Notes under the pieces: model-generated | The model's database searches: none | Seen by the model: the letters and a program-made list of their open reading frames with translations, nothing else | Told to the model about the DNA's origin: nothing | Translations under genes and position numbers: made by a program | Assembly (NCBI GenBank): GCA_040255565.1 | Contig: JBDZVH010000003.1 | Coordinates: 677,228-741,227 of the forward strand | DNA: 64,000 bases | Direction: 5' to 3' | Origin: Opitutaceae bacterium | Lineage (GTDB): Bacteria; Verrucomicrobiota; Verrucomicrobiia; Opitutales; Opitutaceae | Shown: positions 19,379 through 27,361 of the stretch, piece by piece | Position numbering within the stretch: position 1 is the stretch's first letter | Layout of the letters: each line of letters begins with the position of its first letter

Positions 19379-19663
19379 TTACGATTCGTCTTCGCTCAGA
19401 TCGGGAGAGGTCAGGATCGCCGCACCGACGTGCTTGAGCACCTCGCGCGACGGATAATTCGGATCGGAAGCGAGGGCCCGGGCCCGCTCCACGACTTCGG
19501 CGCGGACTTCCGGCTGGCGCTGCAGCTCGGAACGGAGGAACGCGGCACTGTCGGTCGAAAGCTGATCGGGCCGCGGTTTCAGCGGTCGGGGGGCGGCATG
19601 CGCGCTGGCGGCGAGGGCCTCGGCGTGCGGAGTCCTGTCGGTCGGATTCGTCGAGTTGATCAT
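19379..19663 (-). CDS. anti-sigma-28 factor FlgM-like protein
   Basis: 94 aa. The N-terminus looks disordered. The C-terminal EVRAEVVERARALASDPNYPSREVLKHVGAAIL resembles the FlgM sigma28-binding helices. A consensus sigma28 promoter lies upstream. Confidence 0.55.
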   Translation of the reverse strand: MINSTNPTDRTPHAEALAASAHAAPRPLKPRPDQLSTDSAAFLRSELQRQPEVRAEVVERARALASDPNYPSREVLKHVGAAILTSPDLSEDES

Positions 19664-19734
19664 TTGGTTTCGTGTAACGAAACGGTCAGCCTCTGAGGTC
19701 TGTTACAGGGAACGCCGTTGGTTGAATGCAGGGT

Positions 19735-19761
19735 TTATCGGCTTGATGCCCGAATACTTTA
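19735..19761 (-). promoter_or_regulatory. sigma28 (FliA) promoter, full consensus
   Basis: The minus strand reads TAAA-gtattcgggcatcaa-GCCGATAA (TAAA-N15-GCCGATAA). It sits 72 nt upstream of the flgM-like start. Confidence 0.7.
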
Positions 19762-19849
19762 GCCGGGATGCACGATCCTTGGCGAAGGGCTGACGGCCGA
19801 TTCCGTTTCGACCCGCGCCGCGCGCATCGGTTCGCCAGCGGCGCCGCTT

Positions 19850-20590
19850 TCAGCGCGTCTCCGCCGCGGGCGGCGGCACATACACGGGCGGCAGCGTCGC
19901 GAACGTCGCACCCGCGACGTAGCTCGCGAATTGCGAGGGCGACTGGAGCACGCTGCGCGTCAGATCGGCCGGCACCCCGCCCCGCTCCGCGTCGAGGAAA
20001 CGACGACGCGCGCTGTTGGCCACGGCGGGATTATCGGCGGAAAACACGTTGTCAAAGCTCCACAGGATGCGGACCGGTTCGCCGGTCGTCGCGAGCTTCG
20101 CGCGCACGCCGAGCAGCAGCGGACGGAAGGGTTTGTAGGCGGTGACGTCGACAAACATGACGCCGTCGGCCGCGAAATCGCGCCGGAGCCGGCCGGCAAA
20201 ATCGTGCGGGAGCGATGCGGTGGAGAGCAATTCCTCAGCGCGGTAGCGCTGGAGGAGTTCCTCGCGGGTCAGCGGGACCACTTCGAAACGGTTCTGTTTC
20301 TGCAGCTCGGCGACAAACACCGGATCGAGCGCGGCGGCACTCTCCGCCCCGGCGATCGCACCGCCGGCGACCGGCAGCAGCACGACCCGGCGGAGACCGG
20401 CCGGGAGCTGCGCCTCGCCGACGACATTGGTCGGTGTGAAAAACGGACCGATTCGCGCGCTGTCGCCTGGCGAAGGATGCATGCAGCCGGACCAGGCGGG
20501 AAGCGAGAGGAGCATTGCACCGGCGAAAGCGCGCGCCGCGGTTTTCGCGAACGCGGTGCGGGTCGGACGGGAGGGACGCAGCCGGCTCAT
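19850..20590 (-). CDS. putative lipoprotein translationally coupled to fliD
   Basis: 246 aa. Signal peptide with a lipobox-like LPAWSGC. The start overlaps the fliD stop (ATGA at 20587..20590). Confidence 0.7.
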   Translation of the reverse strand: MSRLRPSRPTRTAFAKTAARAFAGAMLLSLPAWSGCMHPSPGDSARIGPFFTPTNVVGEAQLPAGLRRVVLLPVAGGAIAGAESAAALDPVFVAELQKQNRFEVVPLTREELLQRYRAEELLSTASLPHDFAGRLRRDFAADGVMFVDVTAYKPFRPLLLGVRAKLATTGEPVRILWSFDNVFSADNPAVANSARRRFLDAERGGVPADLTRSVLQSPSQFASYVAGATFATLPPVYVPPPAAETR

Positions 20591-22320
20591 GAGTTGTTAT
20601 TCTTTTTGAAGAACATGTCCTCGATGCTCTTTTGCTGCTGCTGGGCCGCCGATTGCGCGTTCTGCATCGCGAGGAAGGATCGCGTGAGCCGCTCGCGCTC
20701 CGTCTCGATGCGGCGGTTCAGCGTCGCGATCTGGTCGTCGAGGCCCTTGTTCTGGTCATTCAGACGCTGCGTCTGGATCGCGAGCGCGCCGCCGCTGGAT
20801 TTCTGCAGTTGCGTGACGTAGCTGGTGAACTGCTGCGCAAAACCATTCGTGGTGTTGCTGAAAAACGTGCCGATCTCGTCGGCGGATTCCGCGAGGGTGT
20901 TGGCGAGTTTGGCCGGATCGATCACGGCCAGCGAAGACCCCATCGATTTGAAGCCGATGCCGAGGTCGTCGAGCCGGCTCATCTTCGTGCTCAGCCCGCC
21001 GATCGTGCCGGAGACCATCGCGCGCAGCTTGGAGCCCCACTTCTCGACTTCGTGATTCCCGCCGAGCGTGGCGGACGTCACCTTGCCGTCGGGCCCGACG
21101 GAGACCGCGGTCTCCTGATCGATGAAGGCCTGCACCGCGTTGTAGGCATCCATGAACGCCTGCAGGGTGTCCATGATCTTGCCGGTGTCCGAGGCGACGG
21201 TGACCGTTTGCGTGGAAAGCGAATCGACCTTCACCGAGAGTCCGGTGATCCCGTGCTCGGTGGCGGTGAGTGTGTTGCTCTTGCTCACGATCTGGTCGCC
21301 GCCGTTGACGGTGACGAGGGCGTTTTTGCCCCGCTGCAGCGACGAGCCGGAGGTCAAGCCCATCGCGTCGAGGAGTCCGCCGGAGACTTCGTTGGCGCCG
21401 ATGCCGGTGTCGCCGGTTGAGTTGTTCGTGAGCACGAACCGATCGTTGGCGGAATCGTAGCTCGCGGTGACGCCGGCGGCGGACTTGTTGATCTTGTTCA
21501 ACACCGATTTCAGGGTGTCGGTCTCGAGGTTGTAATCGATGGTGACGCCGTTGATCGAGAAGCTGCCGTTGCCGCTCGCATCCGCGGACAAGGTCCCCGC
21601 GAGTCGCGACGAGGAAAGCGGCGAGGTGAGCGACGCGGCGCCGAGCTTGCCGCTGCTGGTGACGCTCGCCGTGCCGTTGTTGGCCAGCTGGAGGACGGAG
21701 AGGAGATTGCTGGTGTCGTTCACCGCGCCGAGCACCACTTCGCCGTTGCCGGAGAGCGTGATCTTGTCGGTGGCGGAATCGTAGCTCGCGGTGACTTCGC
21801 CGCCAGTGGCCGTGGAAATCTTGTCGAAGACATCCTGCAACGAATCCGTGAGGCCGACCGCGACGGTGCGGCCGTTGACAGTGATATTGCCGGCGGTGAC
21901 AGCAGTCGCGGTGCGCAGAGTGGCGAGCGTGGTGCCCGACACGTCGGCGGAGTCGCTCAGGCTGGCCGACACGCCGCTCGCGCCGGTGCGCTTCGAGGCG
22001 GTGGCGAGTTGCGAAACGGCAATCGCGTAGGTGCCGCGGGTCGCGCCGACCGAGGGCGTCAGCGTCCAGGTCGAACCCGCGGTGCTCGACGTGGCCGAGC
22101 GCGAGGAAAAGAGGGTCGCGGAGCGCAGATCCACCGCCGCCGCCGAGAGCGAGGACAAGCCGCCGCTGAGCGTGGTGAGGCTGGCGATCTTGTCGTTGTT
22201 GCGCGCCTGCTCGGTCTGCAGTCGGGCGACCGGCTGTTTTTCGATCGTGATCAGCTGATCCACGACCGATTGCCAGTCAAACGAACCTTCGACGAGACCT
22301 GATACGGAGATGCCGGCCAT
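20587..22320 (-). CDS. fliD: flagellar filament cap protein FliD (hook-associated protein 2)
   Basis: The start was set to the ATG at 22320 (MAGISVSGL...); the ORF track begins at a TTG at 22341. The N-terminus GISVSGLVEGSFDWQSVVDQLITIEKQPVARLQ and the C-terminal coiled coil are typical of FliD. Confidence 0.9.
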   Translation of the reverse strand: MAGISVSGLVEGSFDWQSVVDQLITIEKQPVARLQTEQARNNDKIASLTTLSGGLSSLSAAAVDLRSATLFSSRSATSSTAGSTWTLTPSVGATRGTYAIAVSQLATASKRTGASGVSASLSDSADVSGTTLATLRTATAVTAGNITVNGRTVAVGLTDSLQDVFDKISTATGGEVTASYDSATDKITLSGNGEVVLGAVNDTSNLLSVLQLANNGTASVTSSGKLGAASLTSPLSSSRLAGTLSADASGNGSFSINGVTIDYNLETDTLKSVLNKINKSAAGVTASYDSANDRFVLTNNSTGDTGIGANEVSGGLLDAMGLTSGSSLQRGKNALVTVNGGDQIVSKSNTLTATEHGITGLSVKVDSLSTQTVTVASDTGKIMDTLQAFMDAYNAVQAFIDQETAVSVGPDGKVTSATLGGNHEVEKWGSKLRAMVSGTIGGLSTKMSRLDDLGIGFKSMGSSLAVIDPAKLANTLAESADEIGTFFSNTTNGFAQQFTSYVTQLQKSSGGALAIQTQRLNDQNKGLDDQIATLNRRIETERERLTRSFLAMQNAQSAAQQQQKSIEDMFFKKNNNS

Positions 22321-22402
22321 AGGGAGAAAACAATGAAGCAATCGGAGGCATCGTCACTTTTGGCAAAATCTTAAGTGCCGGAAGATTTTGGAGAATTTTC
22401 GC

Positions 22403-22429
22403 TAAACGACGCTTGACGGTCGCCGATAT
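22403..22429 (+). promoter_or_regulatory. sigma28 promoter of flagellin gene 1
   Basis: TAAA-cgacgcttgacggtc-GCCGATAT (N15 spacer, 7 of 8 matches in the -10 box). Confidence 0.7.
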
Positions 22430-22493
22430 CAGGCCCCGTCGAGACAAATGTCGCGACCGGCGAGATCGAGAGCCGACCCCACTCGATCCGAAT

Positions 22494-22524
22494 GCGACAC
22501 GGACGTCGCGCTTAGCATCAAGGA
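22494..22524 (+). promoter_or_regulatory. CsrA-type 5'UTR element: GGA-loop hairpin plus AAGGA at the ribosome-binding site
   Basis: GCGAC-acGGAc-GTCGC hairpin at 22494..22509, then atcAAGGAag 8 nt before the ATG. The same two-site layout recurs upstream of flagellin 2. Confidence 0.45.
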
Positions 22525-22531
22525 AGATATC

Positions 22532-23350
22532 ATGCCAGTTGTCATCAACACCAACTTCGCGGCCACCGTGGCTGCGAACAACCTGACCGCTTCCAACGCC
22601 TCGCTGCAGCGCAGCCTCAACCGGCTTTCGAGCGGTTCGAAAATCGTCAACCCCGCCGACGACGCCGGTGGTCTCGCCGTGTCCATGAAACTGTCCGCCG
22701 CCGCCGTCCGCCAGGGCGCGGTGGGCACGAACATCGGCAATGCCACCTCGTATCTGCAAACGCAGGACGGCGTGCTGAAGGTCGCCGGCAAGGTCCTCGA
22801 TCGCATGGGCGAGCTGAAGACGCTCTACCTCGATCCGACCAAGAACAGCGACGACCTCGCGAACTACGACGCGGAGTTCAAGGCGCTCCAGGACCAGCTC
22901 TCGGCCCTGACCCAGGAAAAGTTCAACGGCGTCACGCTCTTCGGCTCCGGCGAGCTCTCGGTCTCCGTCACGGAAGACGGTGGCTCCAGCTCGGCGGTCA
23001 CGATCAAGGGTCGCGACCTCTCGAGCTCCACCTCGGGCGTCGGCGCGCTGACTTCGAACACCGTGACCTCGCTTTCCGGCATCCAGCTGAGCGACATCAC
23101 GGATGCGATCCAGCACGTCGCAACGTTCCGCGCCGAGAACGGCGCCGAACAGAGCCGCCTCGGCTTCGCCGCCGAATTGCTCACGGTCAACAAGGCCAAT
23201 CTCGAGGCCGCCTCGAGCCGCATTGTCGACGTGGATGTTGCCCAGGAATCGACCCAGCTCGCCCGCTGGAACACCCTCGTGCAGGCCGGCACGGCGATGC
23301 TCTCGCAGGCCAATCAGAGTGCGCAGACCGCACTCAAGCTGCTCCAGTAA
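22532..23350 (+). CDS. fliC: flagellin (short, 272 aa)
   Basis: The start was trimmed to the ATG at 22532 (MPVVINTNFAATVAANNL...). Conserved flagellin N-terminus (LQRSLNRLSSGSKIVNPADDAGGLAVS) and C-terminus (NGAEQSRLGF...DVDVAQESTQLARWNTLVQAGTAMLSQANQSAQTALKLLQ). The central segment is Ser/Thr-rich. Confidence 0.93.
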   Translation: MPVVINTNFAATVAANNLTASNASLQRSLNRLSSGSKIVNPADDAGGLAVSMKLSAAAVRQGAVGTNIGNATSYLQTQDGVLKVAGKVLDRMGELKTLYLDPTKNSDDLANYDAEFKALQDQLSALTQEKFNGVTLFGSGELSVSVTEDGGSSSAVTIKGRDLSSSTSGVGALTSNTVTSLSGIQLSDITDAIQHVATFRAENGAEQSRLGFAAELLTVNKANLEAASSRIVDVDVAQESTQLARWNTLVQAGTAMLSQANQSAQTALKLLQ

Positions 23351-23554
23351 TCCAGGAATAGCTTCCTTGCCCACCGCGCGGGCGGAGTAGTGACCCGCTC
23401 GCGCGACGCAGAGATTCTCACGCGGTTGTCTGAATCTGTGGGGCCCGAAGCCAGTCCTTGAAGTTCCCTCCCCTTTTTTGCGCGGCAGCAGCGCAATCCC
23501 CTTTGAGGCATTCGCCTCGAACGGCGCGGCCCACGCCGTCTATCAGGGCCCGTG

Positions 23555-23588
23555 GCGACTACGGAGTGTCGCAGCTTAAGATCAAGGA
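23555..23588 (+). promoter_or_regulatory. CsrA-type 5'UTR element of flagellin gene 2
   Basis: GCGAC-tacGGAgt-GTCGC hairpin at 23555..23572, then gatcAAGGAtag at 23584..23588, 7 nt before the ATG. Confidence 0.45.
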
Positions 23589-23594
23589 TAGACC

Positions 23595-24413
23595 ATGCCA
23601 GTCGTGATTAATACCAACTACGCCGCGACCGTTGCGGCGAACAACCTCGCCGCCAGCAACGCCTCGTTGCAACGGAGCCTCAACCGGCTGTCCAGCGGCT
23701 CGAAAATCGTGAACCCGTCCGACGATGCCGGCGGTCTCGCTGTCTCGATGAAATTGTCCGCCGCGGCCGTCCGTCAGGGCGCCGTTGCGACGAACATCGG
23801 CAACGCGACCTCTTACCTGCAAACCCAGGACGGTGCCTTGAAGGTCACCGGGAAGATCCTGGACCGCATGAGCGAGCTCAAGACGCTCTATGCCGACCCG
23901 ACCAAGAACAGCGACGACCTCGCGAACTACGACTCGGAATTCACCGCGCTGCAAGACCAGCTGTCGGCGATCACCGACGAGAAGTTCAACGGCGTGGCCC
24001 TCTTCGGTTCGGGCAACCTCTCGGTGAACGTCACCGAGGACGCCAACTCGTCCTCGGCCGTCACGATCAAGGGCCGCGACCTGTCCAGCTCCGGCACGGG
24101 CATCGGCAAGCTCAATGCGTCCAGCGTCACCACGCTGTCCGGCATCGAGCTCAGCGACATCACCGACGCGATTCAGAACGTCGCCACGATGCGCGCCGAA
24201 AACGGTGCCGAACAGAGCCGCCTCGGATTCGCGTCCGAGCTGCTCACGGTCAACAAGGCCAACCTCGAGGCCGCCTCGAGCCGCATCGTCGACGTCGACG
24301 TCGCCCAGGAATCGACCCAGCTCGCCCGCTGGAACACCCTGGTCTCCGCCGGCACCGCCATGCTGTCACAGGCGAACCAGAGCGCCCAGACCGCGCTCCG
24401 TCTGCTCCAGTAA
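23595..24413 (+). CDS. fliC: flagellin paralog (272 aa)
   Basis: Colinear with flagellin 1 without gaps. By eye about 33 substitutions in 272 residues, concentrated in the central Ser/Thr-rich segment. Confidence 0.93.
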   Translation: MPVVINTNYAATVAANNLAASNASLQRSLNRLSSGSKIVNPSDDAGGLAVSMKLSAAAVRQGAVATNIGNATSYLQTQDGALKVTGKILDRMSELKTLYADPTKNSDDLANYDSEFTALQDQLSAITDEKFNGVALFGSGNLSVNVTEDANSSSAVTIKGRDLSSSGTGIGKLNASSVTTLSGIELSDITDAIQNVATMRAENGAEQSRLGFASELLTVNKANLEAASSRIVDVDVAQESTQLARWNTLVSAGTAMLSQANQSAQTALRLLQ

Positions 24414-24425
24414 GTAAACTCCGCA

Positions 24426-24477
24426 CAGGGATTGCCCTGTATCGCCCTCCTGGCCGCCGTATCGCGCGGCGGCCAGG
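24426..24477. terminator. two stacked hairpins between the convergent flagellin 2 and gmhA genes
   Basis: ACAGGG-attg-CCCTGT (24426..24441), then CCTGGCCGCCG-tatcgcg-CGGCGGCCAGG (24449..24477, a perfect 11-bp stem). There is no clear U-tract. Confidence 0.45.
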
Positions 24478-24693
24478 CAAAAGGCGACCGCGGCAATCCC
24501 TGCGGAGGCCCCGGCACGAGGTTGTCGGGTAGTTGGAAAAAACCGCCTCGCGTCCTGCGAAAGCGGATACCCGGCCAAGCAGTCAGTCCGACTCGTGATT
24601 GCGTCAGTGCAACAGGCCCCGGCTTCCCGCCGGGGCCTTCGCATTTTCAACCGTCACCCGCCCACCTGGGACGGCACGCCGAAGCGCCGCCGG

Positions 24694-25272
24694 TCACCGC
24701 CAGCGTTCCGCGTCGATCATCTCCAGGAACTGGTGGACGATCAGCGTGTGCACTTCCTGGATACGCGCGACCCGCGCGCTCGGCACCACGAGCGCATGGT
24801 CGGCGAGCCGCCGCGCCTTGCCCCCGTCCTTGCCGCTCAAGAGCATCGTTTTCACGCCAAGCCGGCGGGCGCGCTTCAGCGCCGCGAGGATATTGGCGCT
24901 GTTGCCGCTGGTGCTGAACGCCACCAGCACGTCGCCCTTCTGCCCGAAGGCTTCCACGCCGCGCGCGAAGATTTCCTCGAAACCGTAATCGTTGCCGATG
25001 CACGTCAGCGCGGTGCCATCGCCACTGAGGCAGAGCGCCGGCAGGCCGCGCCGCTCCGCTTCGTAGCAGCCGACCAGCTCCTGCGCGAGATGCAGCGCAT
25101 CGGCCGCGCTCCCGCCATTGCCGCAGGTCAGAATCTTCCGGCCGCGCCGCAGACAGGCGACCAGATCGCGCCCCGCCGCGCGCACCGCCGGCCCGAGCTG
25201 GGCCGAAGCCGACACGACAGCCGCAAGTTCCTGGACGGATTCTTCAAAGGTGGGTGGTGCAACACGAGGCAT
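24694..25272 (-). CDS. gmhA: SIS-domain sedoheptulose-7-phosphate isomerase (GmhA-type)
   Basis: 192 aa. ILTCGNGGSAADALHLAQEL...VLVAFSTSGNSANIL...IQEVHTLIVH is the GmhA/DiaA SIS pattern. Confidence 0.8.
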   Translation of the reverse strand: MPRVAPPTFEESVQELAAVVSASAQLGPAVRAAGRDLVACLRRGRKILTCGNGGSAADALHLAQELVGCYEAERRGLPALCLSGDGTALTCIGNDYGFEEIFARGVEAFGQKGDVLVAFSTSGNSANILAALKRARRLGVKTMLLSGKDGGKARRLADHALVVPSARVARIQEVHTLIVHQFLEMIDAERWR

Positions 25273-25448
25273 GGCGGCAGAGAACCACGAAACTCACGAA
25301 AGACACGAAAGATTTCCCGAGCCCAAGGCGATTCAGAGTGGCCCACGGAACACACCGAAGGCGACCCGATCCGAAACTCGGAATTCCGTGGCTTCCGTGT
25401 GTTCCGTGGGCCACTCCGGATTTCGTGTCGTTCGTGTAGCTCGTGGTC
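25273..25448. repeat. structured intergenic repeat, family B (fills the whole gmhB-gmhA spacer)
   Basis: Nested imperfect palindrome. Outer arms: AGAACCACGAAACTCACGAAAGACACGAAAG / ATTTCGTGTCGTTCGTGTAGCTCGTGGTCCT. Inner arms: CCCACGGAACACACCGAAGG / CTTCCGTGTGTTCCGTGGG. The arms are built from 9-bp CACGNANNN sub-repeats. Confidence 0.85.
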
Positions 25449-26009
25449 CTACTTCGCTTCCGCGAGCACGTGCCGGATCGCCTCGTCGAAGCGATCGAAC
25501 ACCGGGTAAACGCCCGCCAGTTTTGCCGTCGCGAGTTCCGCGCGCAGATCTTCGCGTCCGGTCGCCACGCCCACGCCACGCGTGCCCGCCCGCGCCGCCG
25601 TTTCCAGGTCGAGCCCGCGATCGCCGATATAGCACACCTCTTCCGGCCGAAGGTTGAAGTCATTCAACACCTCGCGCGCGAAAGCCGGCGACGGCTTGCG
25701 ATAAACGCTCGCCTCGTCCGGCCGCTCCGGCGCGATGCAGATCCGCGCAAACGGCGCCTCGCCCAGCTCCAGCAGCTCGATCAGTCGGCGGTTGCAGGCG
25801 TGTACCGCGTCCAGCGGATACAACCCGCGGCCCACGCCCGACTGGTTGCTATGCAAGAAAAGTTTCAGCCCCGCCCGCTGCGCCGCGAGCAATCCCTCGC
25901 GCACGCCGGGCAGCAACTCCACCCGCGCCGGATCGGCGAGATACGGCACGTGCACGATGAGCGTGCCGTCGCGATCGAGGATGAGCGCCTTCAGTTTCGG
26001 AACAACCAT
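25449..26009 (-). CDS. gmhB: HAD-IIIA phosphatase, D,D-heptose 1,7-bisphosphate phosphatase (GmhB)-like
   Basis: 186 aa. ALILDRDGTLI (DxDGT nucleophile motif)...HSNQSGVGRG...YRKPSP...IGDRGLD. Confidence 0.75.
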   Translation of the reverse strand: MVVPKLKALILDRDGTLIVHVPYLADPARVELLPGVREGLLAAQRAGLKLFLHSNQSGVGRGLYPLDAVHACNRRLIELLELGEAPFARICIAPERPDEASVYRKPSPAFAREVLNDFNLRPEEVCYIGDRGLDLETAARAGTRGVGVATGREDLRAELATAKLAGVYPVFDRFDEAIRHVLAEAK

Positions 26010-26214
26010 GAGCGCTTCCGAGCAAATCGAACCGCGTCCTCCGCGCCAAGATCAGGAACCACGAAAGACACGAAAAGCATACCCGCCCACGGAATACACA
26101 GAACACACGGAAAATACCCGGATCCAAGATTCTGAATTCCGTGTTTTCCGTGTGTTCCGTGGGCTCCTCTGTCTGGGTCGATTTTCGTGTGTTTCGTGTC
26201 TTTCGTGGTTCCTC
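26010..26214. repeat. structured intergenic repeat, family B
   Basis: Perfect 21-bp outer inverted repeat GGAACCACGAAAGACACGAAA (26055..26075) / TTTCGTGTCTTTCGTGGTTCC (26192..26212). It encloses inner arms CCCACGGAATACACAGAACACACGGAAAA / TTTTCCGTGTGTTCCGTGGG. Confidence 0.88.
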
Positions 26215-27360
26215 TCACCCAGCCGCCGCGATCGCTTCGGCCACGATTTTTCCGACCGTTTCGTGGCGGTTGAAATGGTCATAGATCCGCCGGCGCTCTT
26301 CGTTCGACATCGCCAAGGCGCGCTCGCACTGCGTTGCGAGGTCTTGCAAATCCGCATGAGCGTAACGCGAGATCAGCGACGCGTCGTGCAGCTCCTGCAA
26401 GCGCCCGCCCGATTTCGAATCTTCGCTCACCGGCACCAGCCCCAGACAACCCGACCAGAACGGCCGGTCGGTGTGCGTCTTCGCCATCGCCAGCGTGGTG
26501 AACTTTCGACCTTCGGGACAGAAACCCACTTTGAACCGGTTGAGCGTATCGCGTTCGGCGACGGTTACCGAATGATCGTGAAACGGCACGAAGCGGTCCT
26601 TGAACGTCTTTCGCAAAAATTCGATCTGCCGCAGGCGATGCAGCGTGAGCCCGAGTTGCGACCCGAGGAAAACGATCTTCTCCTCCGGCGCTTCGTTGAA
26701 CGGAACCGCGAACGGGACGACGTTCGCGACCCAGCTGCGATGAATCGTCCGGCAGCCCGGCTTCAGTTTGGCGCGGGCCTTTTCGTCAAGCGGCGATTCG
26801 TCGTGAATCAGCACATCGAGATGCGGCGCGATGTCGGAGAAGCACGGCATGAACCGGCTCGCCTCGTCGAAGGCATAGAACAGCAGCTTCACGCCCATTC
26901 GCGACAGCAGGGAGAACACCTTTCCCGCGTTCGCGCCGAGCGCCTGCGGCTGATGTCCCATTAAGATCAGCCATCGCTCCTCGGAGCGTTGTAGGGCGGG
27001 GACTCCCGGCGCCGCCGCGAGCGCCTTGGGTGTGCGCTCCGTCAGTTCGATCAACCCGCGCGTTCCGCAAACCCACGCGGGCAAAAACTCGATCCGCGGA
27101 TGCTGCATCGCCGCAAAGCATCGCAAATTCTCGCCATACCAGTCGCAGTCGAGCCGCGCCTTGCGCATGAGCGCCGCGTCCGCCGGATTCGCGACGAACG
27201 GAGCAAGCTCCAGCGCCCGCACGCGCGCCACATAGGCCGCCGCATCTTCGAGCGCGCCCGCCCAAGTGTTGTAGTAGCAAATACGCAGCTCTCGGCGCGG
27301 GAGACCGGTGCGACTTGCCAGTGAAGCGGCATGCGACAGATCGGCAGTTTCAGCCACCAT
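26215..27360 (-). CDS. hypothetical protein, possibly CgeB-like/GT-B-type glycosyltransferase
   Basis: 381-aa ORF tightly packed in the island. The C-terminal part (KIVFLGSQLG...FCPEG...LGLVPVSED...ERRRIYDHF) loosely resembles the CgeB-like module at the N-termini of 28522..32160 and 36890..39967. The function is tentative. Confidence 0.6.
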   Translation of the reverse strand: MVAETADLSHAASLASRTGLPRRELRICYYNTWAGALEDAAAYVARVRALELAPFVANPADAALMRKARLDCDWYGENLRCFAAMQHPRIEFLPAWVCGTRGLIELTERTPKALAAAPGVPALQRSEERWLILMGHQPQALGANAGKVFSLLSRMGVKLLFYAFDEASRFMPCFSDIAPHLDVLIHDESPLDEKARAKLKPGCRTIHRSWVANVVPFAVPFNEAPEEKIVFLGSQLGLTLHRLRQIEFLRKTFKDRFVPFHDHSVTVAERDTLNRFKVGFCPEGRKFTTLAMAKTHTDRPFWSGCLGLVPVSEDSKSGGRLQELHDASLISRYAHADLQDLATQCERALAMSNEERRRIYDHFNRHETVGKIVAEAIAAAG

Positions 27361-27361
27361 G

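Noticed and set aside
22363-22380. Sigma54-like GGCAC...TTTGC upstream of fliD (minus strand)
   Set aside because: The GG-to-GC spacing is 3 nt longer than the invariant -24/-12 spacing, so it is not a credible sigma54 promoter.
23360-23400. Possible terminator hairpin just after flagellin 1 (CGCGCGGGCGG...CCCGCTCGCGCG)
   Set aside because: The arms pair only imperfectly (5-bp core with bulges) and there is no adjacent U-tract. I could not support it as a terminator.
25621-25628. GCCGATAT sigma28 -10-like octamer inside gmhB
   Set aside because: It is on the strand opposite to the gene, has no TAAA-like -35 box at the correct distance, and has no downstream plus-strand gene.
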